Shown here piece by piece: positions 1 to 12,693 of a stretch of 64,000 bases of DNA (positions are counted from its first letter, which is position 1; every line of letters begins with the position of its first letter). Position numbers and translations under genes: made by a program. Under the pieces are notes generated by a model. That model saw nothing but the letters and a program-made list of their open reading frames with translations, searched no databases and was not told the DNA's origin. This stretch comes from Squalus acanthias (lineage: Eukaryota), in the NCBI GenBank assembly GCA_030390025.1, contig CM059432.1, positions 57,414,001-57,478,000 on the forward strand, in the 5' to 3' direction.

Positions 1-819
1 CACTGTGACCTTCACTGCCACCGACAGAGACGTCCTGGACCTCAGCTGAGGCTGCAGATCTGGCTGCAGCAGGTGGCAGAGCTCAGTGACCACCTCCTTG
101 CTGAATCGCAGCCTTCGCAAACACAGCTCCTCGGACATATGGATGTAGGAGAGCTGTTCACGATATACCCTGGGAGGGTAAGCTCTCCTGTACATGCGCC
201 TGATGGCCCTCCTCCGTCTGGCCATCATTGCCACTCTCTGTCTGCGTCTCACTATCCTCCGATTCAGCTGGAGCAGGACGACGCCCCCAATCATTGCAGC
301 CCCCATATTCTCTTTGCCAGAAAAGTAATGAGGTACAGCAACTAAAGTAGCAACAAAGTTAGGATGAACTAGGCCAAACTACCTCACAAAGCGTTGAGTC
401 AATGTAGAAGTCTCTCTCTCTCTCTCTCCGAATCTCTCTCTCTCTCTCAGAACGAGTGGTGCATAAATGTCGACCACAGAAAAAGACAGGAAGAGGCCCC
501 CTTTAAATAGCGCCCCCCCCAGCCCCACACCGATTGATAACGTTCCAGTCTTCCGGTCGTTGGAAGCGCCAGGCGGTAAGGCAGGGGGCGCCACTCAATT
601 TCCGCTCCGGGGCGCCCCAAGGGCGTTGCACCATGGAATGACGTCACAATCTGCGCGCGCAGGTGGTCGCAGCGGTAAGTTTTAGCGCCGCCGCACAATC
701 TCAAGTTAAGTTCTCGAGCGGCGCAAACAGCGCTGCGCCCGGGCGTTAGCGGCTTAACGCCCCATTAGCGCCCTCTTAAGGCGCTAACGGGAGGCGCAAC
801 CAACTGAATTTTTACCCCC
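1..819 (-). mobile_element. PIF/Harbinger DNA transposon, terminal part with transposase N-terminus (continues beyond window start)
   Basis: Minus strand of 1-113 reads RLRFSKEVVTELCHLLQPDLQPQLRSRTSLSVAVKVTV, matching the HARBI1-like transposases at 29735 and 58375. The end ...caactgaatttttaccccc matches the TIR of the 9265-10162 element. Confidence 0.85.
410..448. repeat. interrupted (TC)n microsatellite
   Basis: Two tc runs separated by cgaa. Confidence 0.9.
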
Positions 820-820
820 T

Positions 821-1538
821 GGTGTCCTTGTACATGAGTCACTGAAAGTGAATGTGCAGGTGCAGCAAGCCATTAGGAAGGCAAATGGTATGCTGGCCTT
901 CATTACAAGAGGATTTGAGTACAGGAGTAAAGAGGTCTTACTCCAATTATATAGGGCCTTGGTGAGACCATACCTGGAGTACTGTGTACAATTTTCTCTC
1001 CTTACCTAAGGAAAGATATACTTGCCATAGAGGGAGTGCAACGAAGGTTCACGAGATTGATTCCTGGGATGGCAGGACTGTCGTATGAGAAGAGATTGAG
1101 TAAACTAGGCCTGTATTCTCTTGAATTCAGAAGAATGAGAGGGGATCTCATTGACGCATACAAAATTATTACAGGACTTGATAGGGTGGATGCTGGGAGA
1201 ATGTTTCCCTTGGTTGTGGAGTCTAGAACCAGGGGCCACAGCCTCAGGATAAAGGGTAGGCCATTCAGGACTGAGATGAGAAGAAATTTCTTCACACAGA
1301 GGGTGGTGAATTTTTGGAATTCTCTACCCCAGAGGACTGAGGAGGCTCAGTCATTGGGTATATTCAAAACAGAAGTCAATAGACTTCTGACTAGTAAAGG
1401 CATCAAGGGATATGGCGATAGGGCTGGTGAATGGAGTTGAGGCAGAAGATCAGCCATGATCTCATTGAATGGCGGAGCAGGCTCGAAGGGCCGAATGGCC
1501 TACTCCTGCTCCTATTTCTTCTGTTCTTCTGTTCTTAT
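821..1538 (+). mobile_element. CR1 LINE 3' fragment (ORF2 C-terminus, 3' UTR and ttcttatg-type tail)
   Basis: ORF 1036-1440 has QRRFTRLIPG..LYSLEFRRMRGDLI..RNFFTQRVVN, followed by the tail gaatggcctactcctgctcctatttctt. Confidence 0.95.
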
Positions 1539-1599
1539 GACTCCCTGAGAGACCATGGTGACCCAGACCTGATGCCACATGTGATGGGCGATCTGGCAG
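1539..1599 (+). mobile_element. Harbinger Myb-gene last-exon fragment
   Basis: Encodes RDHGDPDLMPHVMGDLA, matching RDCGDPDLMPCVMGDLA at 62329-62562(-). Confidence 0.85.
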
Positions 1600-3362
1600 T
1601 TATAGTTTGAAATTGTTGAATTCAATGTTGAGTCCAGAAGGCTGTAAAGTGCCTAATCGAAAAATGAGGTGCTGTTCCTCGAGCTTACGTTGAGCTTCAT
1701 TGGAACAATGTTAGAGGCCAAGGACAGAGAGATTAGAGTGGGCATAAGGCGGAGAATTAAAGTGACAGGCGACCGGAAGCTCAGGGTCACCCTTACAGAC
1801 TGAACGGAGGTGTTCTGCAAAGTGGTCGCCCAATCTGTGTTTGGTCTCCCCAATGTAGAGGAGACCGCATTGTGAGCAGCGAATACAGTATATTAAATTG
1901 CAAGAAGTACAAGTAAATCGCTGTTTCACCTGGAAGGGGCGTTTGGGGCCCTGGACAGTGGGAAGGGTGGAGGTAAACGGGCAGGTGTTGCATCTCCTGC
2001 GCTTGCACAGGAAGGTGCCGGGCGATGGGGAAGGGCTGTTAGGGGTGATTGAGGAGTGGACCAGGGTGTCGTGGAGGGAGCGGTCCCTTCGGAATGCTGA
2101 AAAGGGAGGTGAGGGGAAGGTGCGTTTGGTGGTGGGATCACGCTGGAGGTGGCGGAAATGGCGGAGGATGATCCGTTGAATGTGGAGGCTGGTGGGATGA
2201 ATGGTGAGGACAAGGGGAACCCTATCGTGGTTCTGGGAGGGAGGGGAAGGGGTGAGAGCAGAAGTGCGGGAAATGGAACGGACACGGTCAAGGGCCGTGT
2301 CAACCACAGTAGAGGGGAATCCTCGGTTGAGGAAAAAGGAAGACATGTCGGAAGCACTGGTATGGAAGGTGGCATCGTCAGAACAGATGCGGCGGAGACG
2401 GAGAAACTGGGAGAATGGAATAAAGTCCTTACAGGAAGCGGGGTGGGAGGAAGTGTAGATCAGGTAGCTGTGGGAGTCAGTGGGCTTGTAGTGGATGTTT
2501 GTCGATAGCCGATCGCCAGAAATGGAGACAGAGAAGTCAAGGAAGGGAAGAGAAGAGTCGGAGATGGACCATGTGAAGCTGAGGGAAGGGTGGAAATTGG
2601 AAGTAAAGTGAATGAACTTTTCTAGTTCAGGGCGAGAGCAGGAAACGGCACCAATACAGTCATCAATGTACTGGAAAAAGAGGTGAGGGAGGGGACCTAA
2701 GTAGGACTGGAACAAAGAATATTCCACATATCCCATGAAAAGGCAGGCATAGCTAGGGCCCATGCGGGTTCCCATAGCAACACCTTTAACTTGGAGGAAG
2801 TGAGTGGAGTCAGAGGAGAAGTTGTTCAATGTGAGAACAAGTTCAGCCAGGCGGAGGAGGGTGGTGATGGATGGGGACTGGTTGGGCCTCTGTTCAAGGA
2901 AGAAGCAGAGCGCCCTTAGGTCGTCCTGGTGGGGGATGGAGGTGTAGAGGGATTGTACGTCCATTTTGAAAAGGAGACGGTTGGTGCCAGGAAACTGGAA
3001 ACTGTTAAAGTGGCGGAGGGCATCGGAAGAGTCACGAATGTAGGTGGGAAGAGACTGGACAAGGGGAGAAAAAATAGAGTTGAGATAGGAAGAGATAAGT
3101 TCCGTGGGGCAAGAACAGGCTGAAACGATGGGTCTACCCGGGCAGTCCTGTTTGTGGATCTTGGGAAGGAGGTAGAAGTGGGCTGTGCGGGGTTGGGGGA
3201 CTATGAGGTTAGCGGCCATGGAGGGAAGATCTCCAGAGGAGATGAGGTCAGTGACAGTCTTGGAAACAATGGCGTAATGTTTGCTAGTGAGGTCATGGTC
3301 CAGGCAGAGGTAGGAGGAGGTGTCGGAGAGTTGGCGTTCAGCTTCCGCATGGTAGAGGTCGA
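1600..3362 (-). mobile_element. Penelope-like element, 5'-truncated, RT plus GIY-YIG endonuclease
   Basis: ORF 1711-3456 contains YLLPKIHK..PGRPIVS, GVAMGTRMGPSYA, YIDD and IYCIRCSQCGLLYIGET. The first ~30 aa of the ORF appear to be flank read-through. Confidence 0.93.
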
Positions 3363-3730
3363 TATACTCTGTATACTGGCACCAGAAATATATGAAATAC
3401 TGCCACATTAATTCAGTTTGCTTTACAGAAAGCAAACTGAAATACGATTTTTCCAAGACTAGGTGCAGTTTCAGACAATAAACCAGTTTAAATACATGAA
3501 TGAATAGTATACAGTTTTCACTCTGAGAATGATCAAATTCCCCACGCTCCTCAATTATGAAGAATAATAAAGTCTCAACTTACTAACTGTATAAACATGA
3601 GCTCACCTCCTCGAGCTAAACTTCTGAAGCTAAGCTGGCCCAGACTCTTAAAGCACAGACAGCTTATTGCTACTGTTGTGAGAACTGACAGATTACCCTC
3701 TGTCTGGGAGAGAGAAAGCCACCTCCTCAG

Positions 3731-6150
3731 TCGCTAAAGTAAATGTTGGTCCCTTAGAGGATGAGACTGGGGAATTAATAATGGGAAACAGGGAAATGGC
3801 AGAGACTTTGAACAAATATTTTGTATCTGTCTTCACAGTAGAAGACACTAAAAGCATGCCAATAATAGTAGATAATCAAGGGGCAAAAGGGAGGGAGGAA
3901 CTTAAAACAATCACTATCACTAGAGAAAAAGTACTTGGCAAACTGATGGCCTGCATCCTAGGGTCTTAAAAGAAGTGGCTACAGAGGTAGTGGATGTATT
4001 GGTTGTAATCTACCAAAATTCCCTGGATTCTGGAATGGTCCAAACGGAATGGAAAACCTCAAATGTAGCGCCCCTTTTCAAGAAAGGAGGGAGACAGAAA
4101 ACTATAGGCCAGTTAACCTAACATCTGTCATTGGGAAAATGCTGGAATCCATTATTGAGGAAGTAGTAGCAGTACATTTAGAAAATCATAATACAATCAA
4201 GCAGAGTCAACCTGGTTTTATGAAAGGAAAATCATGTTTGACAAATTTACTAGAGTTCTTTGAGGATGTAACAAGCAGGGTGGATAAAGGGGAACCAGTA
4301 GATGTAGTGTATTTGGATTTTCAGAAGGCATTCGATAAGGTGCCGCATAAAAGGTTACTGCACAAGATAACAACTCACGGTGTTGGGGGTAATATATTAG
4401 ATTGGATAGAGGATTGGCTAACTAATAGAAAACAGAGGCCGCGATTTTATTAATAGAGGCGGCTTGAGTGCGGGACAGCTGGTTTCCAGCTTCCAGTCCT
4501 GCCCCCAGCTGCATCCGCTTCACAGACGTGATTTTCCTTTGATTGACCTTGTTAAGCCCACCCTGTGGGCTTGCCAGCCAATTAACAGGAAGCGGGTCCC
4601 ATGACGTCTTTTGATGACATGTCATCTGCCAGCTTCCTTAAAGGGACCACGCACAATTTTATTTTGACAGTTGATTTCTCAGTGTTTGACAGCATTGAAG
4701 TGCTGCAAACACAGACAATCACTGCACAAGGTGACCTCTTGCACCCAGGCTCTCCAAAGACTCCCTCCATAGGCTGGAATAGATGGCAGCTGCAGGTAAG
4801 GTGACAGAAGAGATCTGTCACTGGTGAGAGAGGTTCTCCCAATGAGGTGGCACTGGACATGGATTTAAAAACTTGTAAGCTAAAGAAATCTGTAAATGTA
4901 TTAAAAATGCAGTATCCAACATTTTCTTTCCTCTGAGACTCACCATGTGCAACATTGGATCCTTCACACCACTTCTGCGGCTGTCATCAATCCAGAAACA
5001 CTACAGCAGACTCACAACACGCCACACTTACCTGGCATGGTGTCCAGACGTCGGGAAACTGAGCGCTGACAAAATCGCGGCCAGAGTCAGAATAAATGGG
5101 TCATTTTCAGGTTGGCAAACTGTAACTAGTGGGGTGCCACAGGGATCAGTGCTGGGGCCTCAACTATTTACAATCTATATTAATGACTTGGATGAAGGGA
5201 CCGAGTGTAATGTAGCCAAATTTGCTGACGATACAAAGATAGGTGGGAAAGCAAGTTGTGAGGAGTACACAAAGAGTCTGCAAAGGGATATAGATAGATT
5301 AAGTGAGTGGGCAAAAATTTGGCAGATGGAGTATAATGTGGGAAAATGTGAGGTTATCCACTTTGGTAGGAAGAATAAAAAAGCAAAATATTATTTAAAT
5401 GGAGAGAGACTACAGAATGCTGCGGTACAGAGGGATCTGGGGGTCCTTGTACATGAAACACAAAAAGTTAGCATGCAGGTACAGCAAGTAATAAGGAAGG
5501 CAAATGGAATACTGGCCTTTATTGCAAGGGGGCTGGAGTATAAAAGTAGGGAAGTCTTGCTACAACTGTACAGGGCGTTGGTGAGACCACACCTGGAATA
5601 CTGCATACAGTTTTGGTCTCCTTATTTAAGGAAGGACATACTTGCATTGGAGGCAGTTCAGAGAAGGTTCACTAGGTTGATTCCTGAGTTGAAGGGGTTG
5701 TCTTATGAGGAAAGGTTGAGCAGGTTGGGCCTATACTCATTGGCGTTTAGAAGAATGAGAGGAGATCTTATTGAAACATATAAGATTCTGAGGGGGCACG
5801 ACAAGGTAGATGCTGAGAGGATGTTAATCTAGAACGAGGGGGCATAGTTTCAGAATAAGGGATTGCCCATTTAAAACAGAGATGAGGAGGAATTTCTTCT
5901 CTCAGAGGGGCGTGAATCTTTGGAATTCTCTACCCCAGAGAGTTGTGGAGGCTGGGTCATTGAATATATTCAAGGCGGAGATAGACAGATTTTTGAAAAA
6001 CAGGGGAGTCAAGGGTTATGGGGAACGGGCAGGAAAGTGGAGTTGAGGCCAAGATCAGATCAGCCATGATCATATTGAATGGCGGAGCAGGCTCGAGGGG
6101 CCGAATGGCCTACTCCTGCTCCTATTTCTTATGTTCTTATGTTCTTATGT
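3731..6150 (+). mobile_element. CR1 LINE, degenerate ORF2 RT region to 3' tail, split by a MITE at 4437-5082
   Basis: [32 protein letters not shown] and KFADD motifs in ORFs 4049-4453 and 4945-5832; tail (ttcttatg)n at ~6126-6150. Confidence 0.95.
4437..5082. mobile_element. non-autonomous Harbinger-type MITE
   Basis: Perfect 12-bp TIR ggccgcgatttt/aaaatcgcggcc, flanked by AGA on both sides, interrupting CR1 at RKQR|VRING. Confidence 0.85.
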
Positions 6151-6959
6151 TTATGTCTATGAGATGGTGGGAGTGGCTTGAGCCACCAAGCTGTCAATCA
6201 AAGTTATCACCCTTGGGCTACACTTTGATGTGTGAGCAGAAGGCTATGGATTTTTCCATGGGTTGGCTGAGCTGGACTTTTCAATTTGTACTATTTATGT
6301 GATTTAAATTGAATGGAATTCAATGACACCTGGACCCTCAGTGTTGCAAGGAGTGATCTTCTCACAATGACACACATTGTTTGAGGTAGTACACAGTAAG
6401 TTTCCTTTTAAATAGCTAATTAACACTTCAAAACAGTAAATTTACCAGCCTGGTCCCAACTGCTAGATTACTGTTGAGTAAAAATACTCAATCTACATTA
6501 CAAAAATAGCATAAATTCAAAAGTCCAGCTCAGACAACCCAGAGAAATCTATTTTACAGAGTAACATGCTAACAGGTGCAGGCAGGAGAAGACTTTTGGT
6601 CCATCTAGCCCACCTACCCACAGTATTCCCTTGGTGCATTTCTAATAACCATAAGTCTCAATGTGTTACGAGATGTCAGATTCCTTGAACGTATGTGTTG
6701 CAAACAAACTGAACCATGTGGAACGAGTTGCGTTGAAGCATGCAGTAACATTATGGAAAGGGAAATCGGGAGGGGTGGATAACGGGTGGCCGATCCAATA
6801 CTGCCCATTTGATACCTCCGTCGAAGTTGTAAGTTCCAGCGATGCGTTTTAGGATGCCAGGTTACAAAATCTTGATTAACCTCTCTAAACTGAAAACTGT
6901 ACCAATTTATTCCCCATCACTTTCCTATCAGTTCCACAATGAACTGTCTGCCATCTAGA

Positions 6960-7600
6960 TTCTTGCCCAAAGCTTGGAAATGTTATCTGTATGTTTCTCC
7001 ACTAAGGTCATAATGTTTAAGGATCAAATTCTTGACTTCATGAAAGTCCATTCCTTTATTTGAAGCCACTCTTACAAATGCAACTTGAGTCTTGCTGTCA
7101 ACAGTGTGGCAAGAGTAATTGCATACAGTTGCTTTGAAGACTGGCAAATCCTGGCTATACTGTCAAAGCTGACAAGGTATTAATCTGTATCATCATCACA
7201 TTTTGGTCACTGATGGTTCCTTTCCCCTCACTATATGTCCACAATCTCTAATCTTCTGGTTCATGCTCCACTCTAATGTATCATTCATGACTGTTTCTTT
7301 TCCTTTTGGTTTCCCCTTTATCTTTTTCTGTGACAATCGCCCATCCATCAAGCTTACCCTGTCTATTTGTAGGCTACTTGTAAAGATTTGACAACTCAAC
7401 CATTGGTTTAGTTCTTGTTATTTCCTTTCTTCTTCCCTGTGCTATTCTTTTTATTTTCTTCTTTCAGCATCGGCTGTCTAAGTAAGTCTGCCATAGCTGA
7501 AGGCTTCTTTACATTTGGGAGATTTTCTTCCATTTCACACCAAATTGGCTTCTCACTTATCTTGTCAGATACTTTTTCTTCCTGAACAAGCTTGACTTAA
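6960..7600 (-). pseudogene. decayed Gypsy (Gmr1-like) gag / SCAN-related remnant
   Basis: Hand translation of 7197->6970 gives DDDTD*YLVSFDSIARICQSSKQLYAITLATLLT/frameshift/KTQVAFVRVASNKGMDFHEVKNLILKHYDLSGETYR*HFQ. This resembles the Gypsy gag pattern YL..FE..A..LLTGKAQ.AY..DY..VK..IL..Y.L..E.YRQRF. Confidence 0.6.
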
Positions 7601-7749
7601 TTTTCTTCTTGTGTCCAGTGGTTAGCAAGATTACAAAGTACAGCAGGGTACCACAGAATTACATAGTTTTGTAATTATAACAATGAAATAGAGTAAAAGC
7701 ATTTGCAATACATATATTTCATGTAAATAAAGTTCAAATTGCACATGTA

Positions 7750-8960
7750 TTAGAATTGCAAAAGCTCTAGTCATGCTTAAAGGAAGGTTCAGGTCCTTGG
7801 ATAGGTTAGGGGGATGTTGCAGTATGCTCCTAACATTGTGCTAAAATTTATAATAGCCTGCTGTATCCTCCACAATTTTAGCAGTCCAGAAAGGCCTACA
7901 GATTGACATTTCTGAGGAGGAGGACAGGCAGAAGCTGAACCCCTTTAGGCAGAAGGTCAGGGAGATGAAGAGAATACAGCAGGATCACAGTCAGCAGCAG
8001 TAAAACAGACTTATTTGTGACATCTTCAGTGATGTATGATCCAAATCTTCCCAGTGCACCTCTACAATCACCATGATAATCTATATACAACCTCCAGTTA
8101 TTCACTCAAGTCACACTAATCATATTTACACACATCAGTTACTGGAAGAACCTAAGCCAGAAAACAAAATTCACAGTTCCAGTGCCAATTTATCTTTTAC
8201 TGAGACTCGACATGAAGACGTAATACTTTGCAGCATGCCAATAAGGTTCTGGAACATAATGTATTAAAAAAAATCATTCGGATACCATGCCTACCCATTT
8301 CAACTTCAACTTTGGCCTATTCTTACACTTCTTCTAAGTGCCACCTAAGAGCCTGGGGTCTGCTATGTGAACCTTATAATGAACCTCTTGGGATGGAGGT
8401 GGCCCTCCCTTCAGGGCTGCTGAGTCATAGAATGAAACCGTGACAGACTTTATCCCTGGGACTGGCTCCTCAGGATCCTGGGCTTGCAGCCCTATTCCCA
8501 ACTATGAAGGGACTGAACAGAGAACTCTTATATGTTGCTGTCGGAGCGCCCTCCAGCTATCCTACTGAAATTGGGAACAGGATACTGGTGGGAGAACAGA
8601 CCTACTGGTATCACCAATATCCCTGAAACCCTGAGAGAGTATACCAGATATCCTGCAAACCCCAATATATCGCTGCCCAAGCGCTGAAGGCCAAGCAATC
8701 ATTGCCTCCACAATGGAGGCACTGACCTGTATGTGGGACATTTGCAAAAGTTCCTGGAACTGCCACTCGTTGTTTGAACTTCTTCTGCCATAGCCACTTC
8801 CTTCCGTATCTCACATGCTTCAGAGTTTGCTGGATGCTTGCCACCAACCCCAAAAATTGTATCCCTTCTCTGTCTCACTTCAGTTAAGATATTTTCCAAC
8901 TTTCTTCCACTGAAATTTGTTGCTCTATCTGATGAGTTTCCCAGGCCTCTAACGGTGTTT
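7750..8960. mobile_element. old Harbinger remnant: transposase C-terminus (+) and Myb/SANT gene (-)
   Basis: From ~7773 the + strand reads MLKGRFRSLDRLGG/LQYAPNIVLKFIIACCILHNF. ORF 8699-8899(-), ENILTEVRQRRDTIFG, is Myb-like. Confidence 0.7.
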
Positions 8961-9020
8961 GTAGCCTATTGCTGGCAAGATCTATGTCACTGTCCCATGG
9001 AAATCCCGCCTCACCACACT

Positions 9021-9441
9021 TCTGGTGGTGGAGTGGGTACATCGGTATTTGGGACCTGAGTGTAGAACACTTTTAACATGGACCATAGTCTAAATAACAC
9101 AGATTAATGTGATTATTTTCAGGAGTTTCAAAAGAGAAATTATCAGCCATTAAATGAAACCATGGCAAATAATTCCTTTGGTGACACTGTACCCTGGAAA
9201 AGCTGAATGTCACTTTATACGATGAATGATATTGTAATGGACTTCTAGGACTGCAAGAAACTAAGGGGGAAAAATTCAGTATCGCCCCGTTTGGGGCGCA
9301 ATTATCGGCCGGGCGCAAAGATTAGCGCCTGGCGCTAATTATCGCCTCCGACTGCAAACTTGACTTTTATCGCCCCCGGAGGTGATTGGAGCGCTAAATC
9401 AGGCGCTACACATCTGTCTTAAGGCCCAAAGGCCGAGGAGC
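9021..9441 (+). repeat. 421-bp direct duplication, copy 1 (copy 2 at 12273-12693)
   Basis: Colinear at a constant offset of 3252; about five substitutions counted by eye. Confidence 0.95.
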
Positions 9442-10162
9442 GAGGCGCTAACTCAGAGCGCTGGCGAAGCTCATGTGATGTCAGTCAGCAATGGAACACA
9501 GACACAATGGCCCCGGCCAGTTCTTAAAGGGGAGGGTTGATCTTGCTTTCCATCCACATCCTGCTCATTGCAGCCTTGAATCTCGGCCTGGAGAGACCTG
9601 CACATCAAATTTGCTGGAAAGAACAATGGAGAGTACCAGGGAAAGAGCTCAGAGTGCAACCCCCACAGTCTCTTCTAAAACGATGCAAGGAAGGGCAAAT
9701 CAAAATGAACCTGCAAAGTGCTGCTCAGTACCCAAAACTCCTTCACACAGCGTTGAATCTCTCCAGAAGTCCCTCTCTCTCTCTCTCTCTTAGAATGCGT
9801 GGTTCAAAAATGTCACCAACAAAAAAAGGCAGGAAAGCGGTCGCCTTTAAATAGCGCTCCCCCAGTCCCTTCCTGACTGCAAAACGCTCCCCTCAACCTG
9901 TCATTGCTAGCGACAGGCGGTAAGGCAGGGGGCGCCACTCAATATCCGCTCCGGGGTGCTACCAGGGCGTTGCGCACTCTACTGATGTCATGATCTGCCG
10001 GCGCAGGAAATCGTGGCGGTAGTGTTTAGTGTCGCCGCAAAATGTCTAGTTAATTTCGCGAGCGGCGCAAACATCACCGCGCCCGGGCGCTAGTTGTTTT
10101 GCGCTCCATTAGCGCCCTCTTAAGGCGCTAACGGGAGGCGCAACCAACTGAATTTTTCCCCC
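9265..10162. mobile_element. non-autonomous Harbinger element
   Basis: Perfect 16-bp TIR GGGGGAAAAATTCAGT and TAA TSD; the right part is homologous to ~500-819. Confidence 0.92.
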
Positions 10163-10164
10163 TA

Positions 10165-12272
10165 AGTATTAATCAACAAATAACAAGAGCTTGTAACAAA
10201 GGTAATACAATAATCATGGGGGACTTTAATCTTCATATAGACTAGGCAAATCAAATTGGCAAAGATAGTTGGCAAAGATGGAGGATGAGTTCATAGAATG
10301 CATTCGAGACAGTTTCCTAGAACAATACGTCATGGAACCAACCAGGGAACAGGCTATTTAAGATCTTGTATTGTGTAATAAGACAGGGTTAATTAGTAAT
10401 CTCATAGTAAAGGATCCTCTGGGGAAGAGTGATCATAATATGGTAAAATTTCATGTTGAGTTTGAGAGTGAAATACTTCAGTCAGAAACGAGAGTCTTGA
10501 ACTTAAATAAAGCCAATTACATAGGGATGTGGGACGAATTAGCTAAGGTAGATTGGGAAATTAGATTAAAAGGTATGACGGTCTTCTCTCTTAGGCAGTC
10601 CCTCGGAACCGAGGATGACTTGCTTCCACATTAAAAATGAGTTTGCAGGTGACTGATGAGTCCAATGCGGGACCTACAGTCTCTGTCACAGGTGGGGCAG
10701 ACGGTGGTTGAAGGGGCGGGTGGGTGGGGTGCTTGGGTTGACATGCGCTCCTTGCACTGCCTGCACTTGGCTTCCGCTTGCTCCCGGTGAAGAGACTCAA
10801 GGTGTTCGGCGCCTTCCCGGATGCTTCTCCTCCGCTTTGTGCGGTCTTGGGCCAGGGATTCCCAGGTGTCAGTGGGGATGTTACACTTTTTCAAGGAGGC
10901 TTTGAGGGTGTCCTTGAAGCGTTTCCTCTGCCCACCTGGGGCTCTCTTACCGTGCCGGAGCTCCGAGTAGAGCGCTTGTTTTGGGAGTCTCGTATCGGGC
11001 ATACGGACAATGTGACCTGTCCATCGGAGCTGATCGAGCGTGGTCAAAGCTTCGATGCTGGGGATGTTGGCCTGAGCAAGAACACTGACTCTGGTGCGCC
11101 TATCCTGCCAATGGATTTGCAGGATCTTGTGGAGGCAGCGTTGGTGGTACCTCTCCAGTGCTTTGAGGTGCCTGCTGTACATGGTCCATGTCTCTGAGGC
11201 ATACAGCAGGGCGGGTGTCACTGCTGCTCTGTAGACCATGAGCTTAGTGCCGGGTTTGAGGTCCTGGTCTTCAAACACTCTCTTCCTCAGGCGACCGAAG
11301 GCTGCACTGGCACACTGAAGGCGGTGTTGGACTTCGTCGTCGACGTCTGCCCTTGTTGACAGTAGGCTTCCGAGGTATGGAAAGTGGTCCACGTTGTCCA
11401 AGGCCTTGTCGTGGATTTTGATAATCGGGCGGCAGTACTGTGTGGCGGGGCCAAGTTGGTAGAGGACCTTTGTCTTACGGATGTTTAGTGTAAGGCCCAT
11501 GCTCTCGTACGCTTCGGTGAAGGTGTTGACGATGGTTTGGAGTTCGACCTCCGAGTGAGCGCAGACGCAAGCATCGTCTGCATACTGAAATTCGACGACA
11601 AAGGATGGGACGACCTTGGATCTGGACTGGAGGCAACGGAGGTTGAACAGTTTCCCGTTTGTTCTGTAAATTAGCTCCACTCCAGTGGGGAGCTTACTGA
11701 GGGTAGATAAGCAGTGACAAACATGTAAAGAAATATTCCAAAATTCTCAACAAATATACATTCCATTGAGAAATAAAAACTCCATGGGAAAAGTGATCCA
11801 TCCATGGCTAACTAAAGAAGTTAAGGATAGTATTAGATTAAAAGAAGAGGCTTATAATTAAAGCGGTAGCTGCAGAGATAGTGGATGCACTGGTGTTAAT
11901 TTTCCAGAATTCCCTAGATTCTAGAACGGTCCTCAAGGATTGGAAGGCAGCAAACATAACCCTGCTATTTAAGAAAGGAGGAAGAGAAAAAACGGGGATT
12001 TACAGATCAGTTAGCCTGACATCAGTAGTGGACAAAATGCTAGAATCTATTATTAGGGACGTGGTAATATGGCACTTAGAAAATAATAATAGGATTGGAC
12101 TGAGTCAACACGGATTTATGAAAGGGGAATCGTGTTTGACAATTCTGTTAGAGCTTTTTGAAGATGTAACTAGTAGAATGGATAAGGGGGAACCAGTGGA
12201 TGTAGTGTATTTGGATTTTCAAAAATCATTCGATAAGGTGCCACACAAGAGGTTATTACACAAAATTAGGAC
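10165..12272 (+). mobile_element. CR1 LINE internal fragment (endonuclease to RT), interrupted by an RTE
   Basis: KDPLGKSDHNMV in ORF 10371; YLDFQKSFDKVPH in ORF 11881; the CR1 resumes at ~11702 after the RTE. Confidence 0.9.
10583..11701 (-). mobile_element. RTE-clade LINE, 5'-truncated, RT C-terminus and 3' end
   Basis: ORF 10631-11680 has YRTNGKLFNLR, QYADD, VDHFPYLGS, LLYASETWT, DTRLPKQALYSEL and a C-terminal CPTC..H zinc-finger-like motif. It ends in an RTE-type 3' sequence gcaagtcatcctcg..gagggactgcc. Confidence 0.9.
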
Positions 12273-12693
12273 TCTGGTGGTGGAGTGGGTACATCGGTAT
12301 TTGGGACCTGAGTGTAGAACACTTTTAACATGGACCATAGTCTAAATAACACAGATTAATGTGATTATTTTCAGGAGTTTCATAAGAGAAATTATCAGCC
12401 ATTAAATGAAACCATGGCAAATAATTCCTTTGGTGACACTGTACCCTGGAAAAGCTGAATGTCACTTTATACGATGAATGATATTGTAATGGACTTCTAG
12501 GACTGCAAGAAACTAAGGGGGAAAAATTCAGTATCGCCCCGTTTGGGGCGCAATTATCGGCCAGGCACAAAGATTAGCGCCTGGTGCTAATTATCGCCTC
12601 CGACTACAAACTTGACTTTTATCGCCCCCGGAGGTGATTGGAGCGCTAAATCAGGCGCTACACATCTGTCTTAAGGCCCAAAGGCCGAGGAGC
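12273..12693 (+). repeat. 421-bp direct duplication, copy 2
   Basis: Near-identical to 9021-9441. Confidence 0.95.

Noticed and set aside
3363..3730. Unassigned segment between the Penelope and CR1
   Set aside because: No termini, TSD or coding similarity could be recognised.
4945..5832. 295-aa RT ORF with a unique N-terminus
   Set aside because: The N-terminus comes from the MITE fused by chance in frame to CR1.
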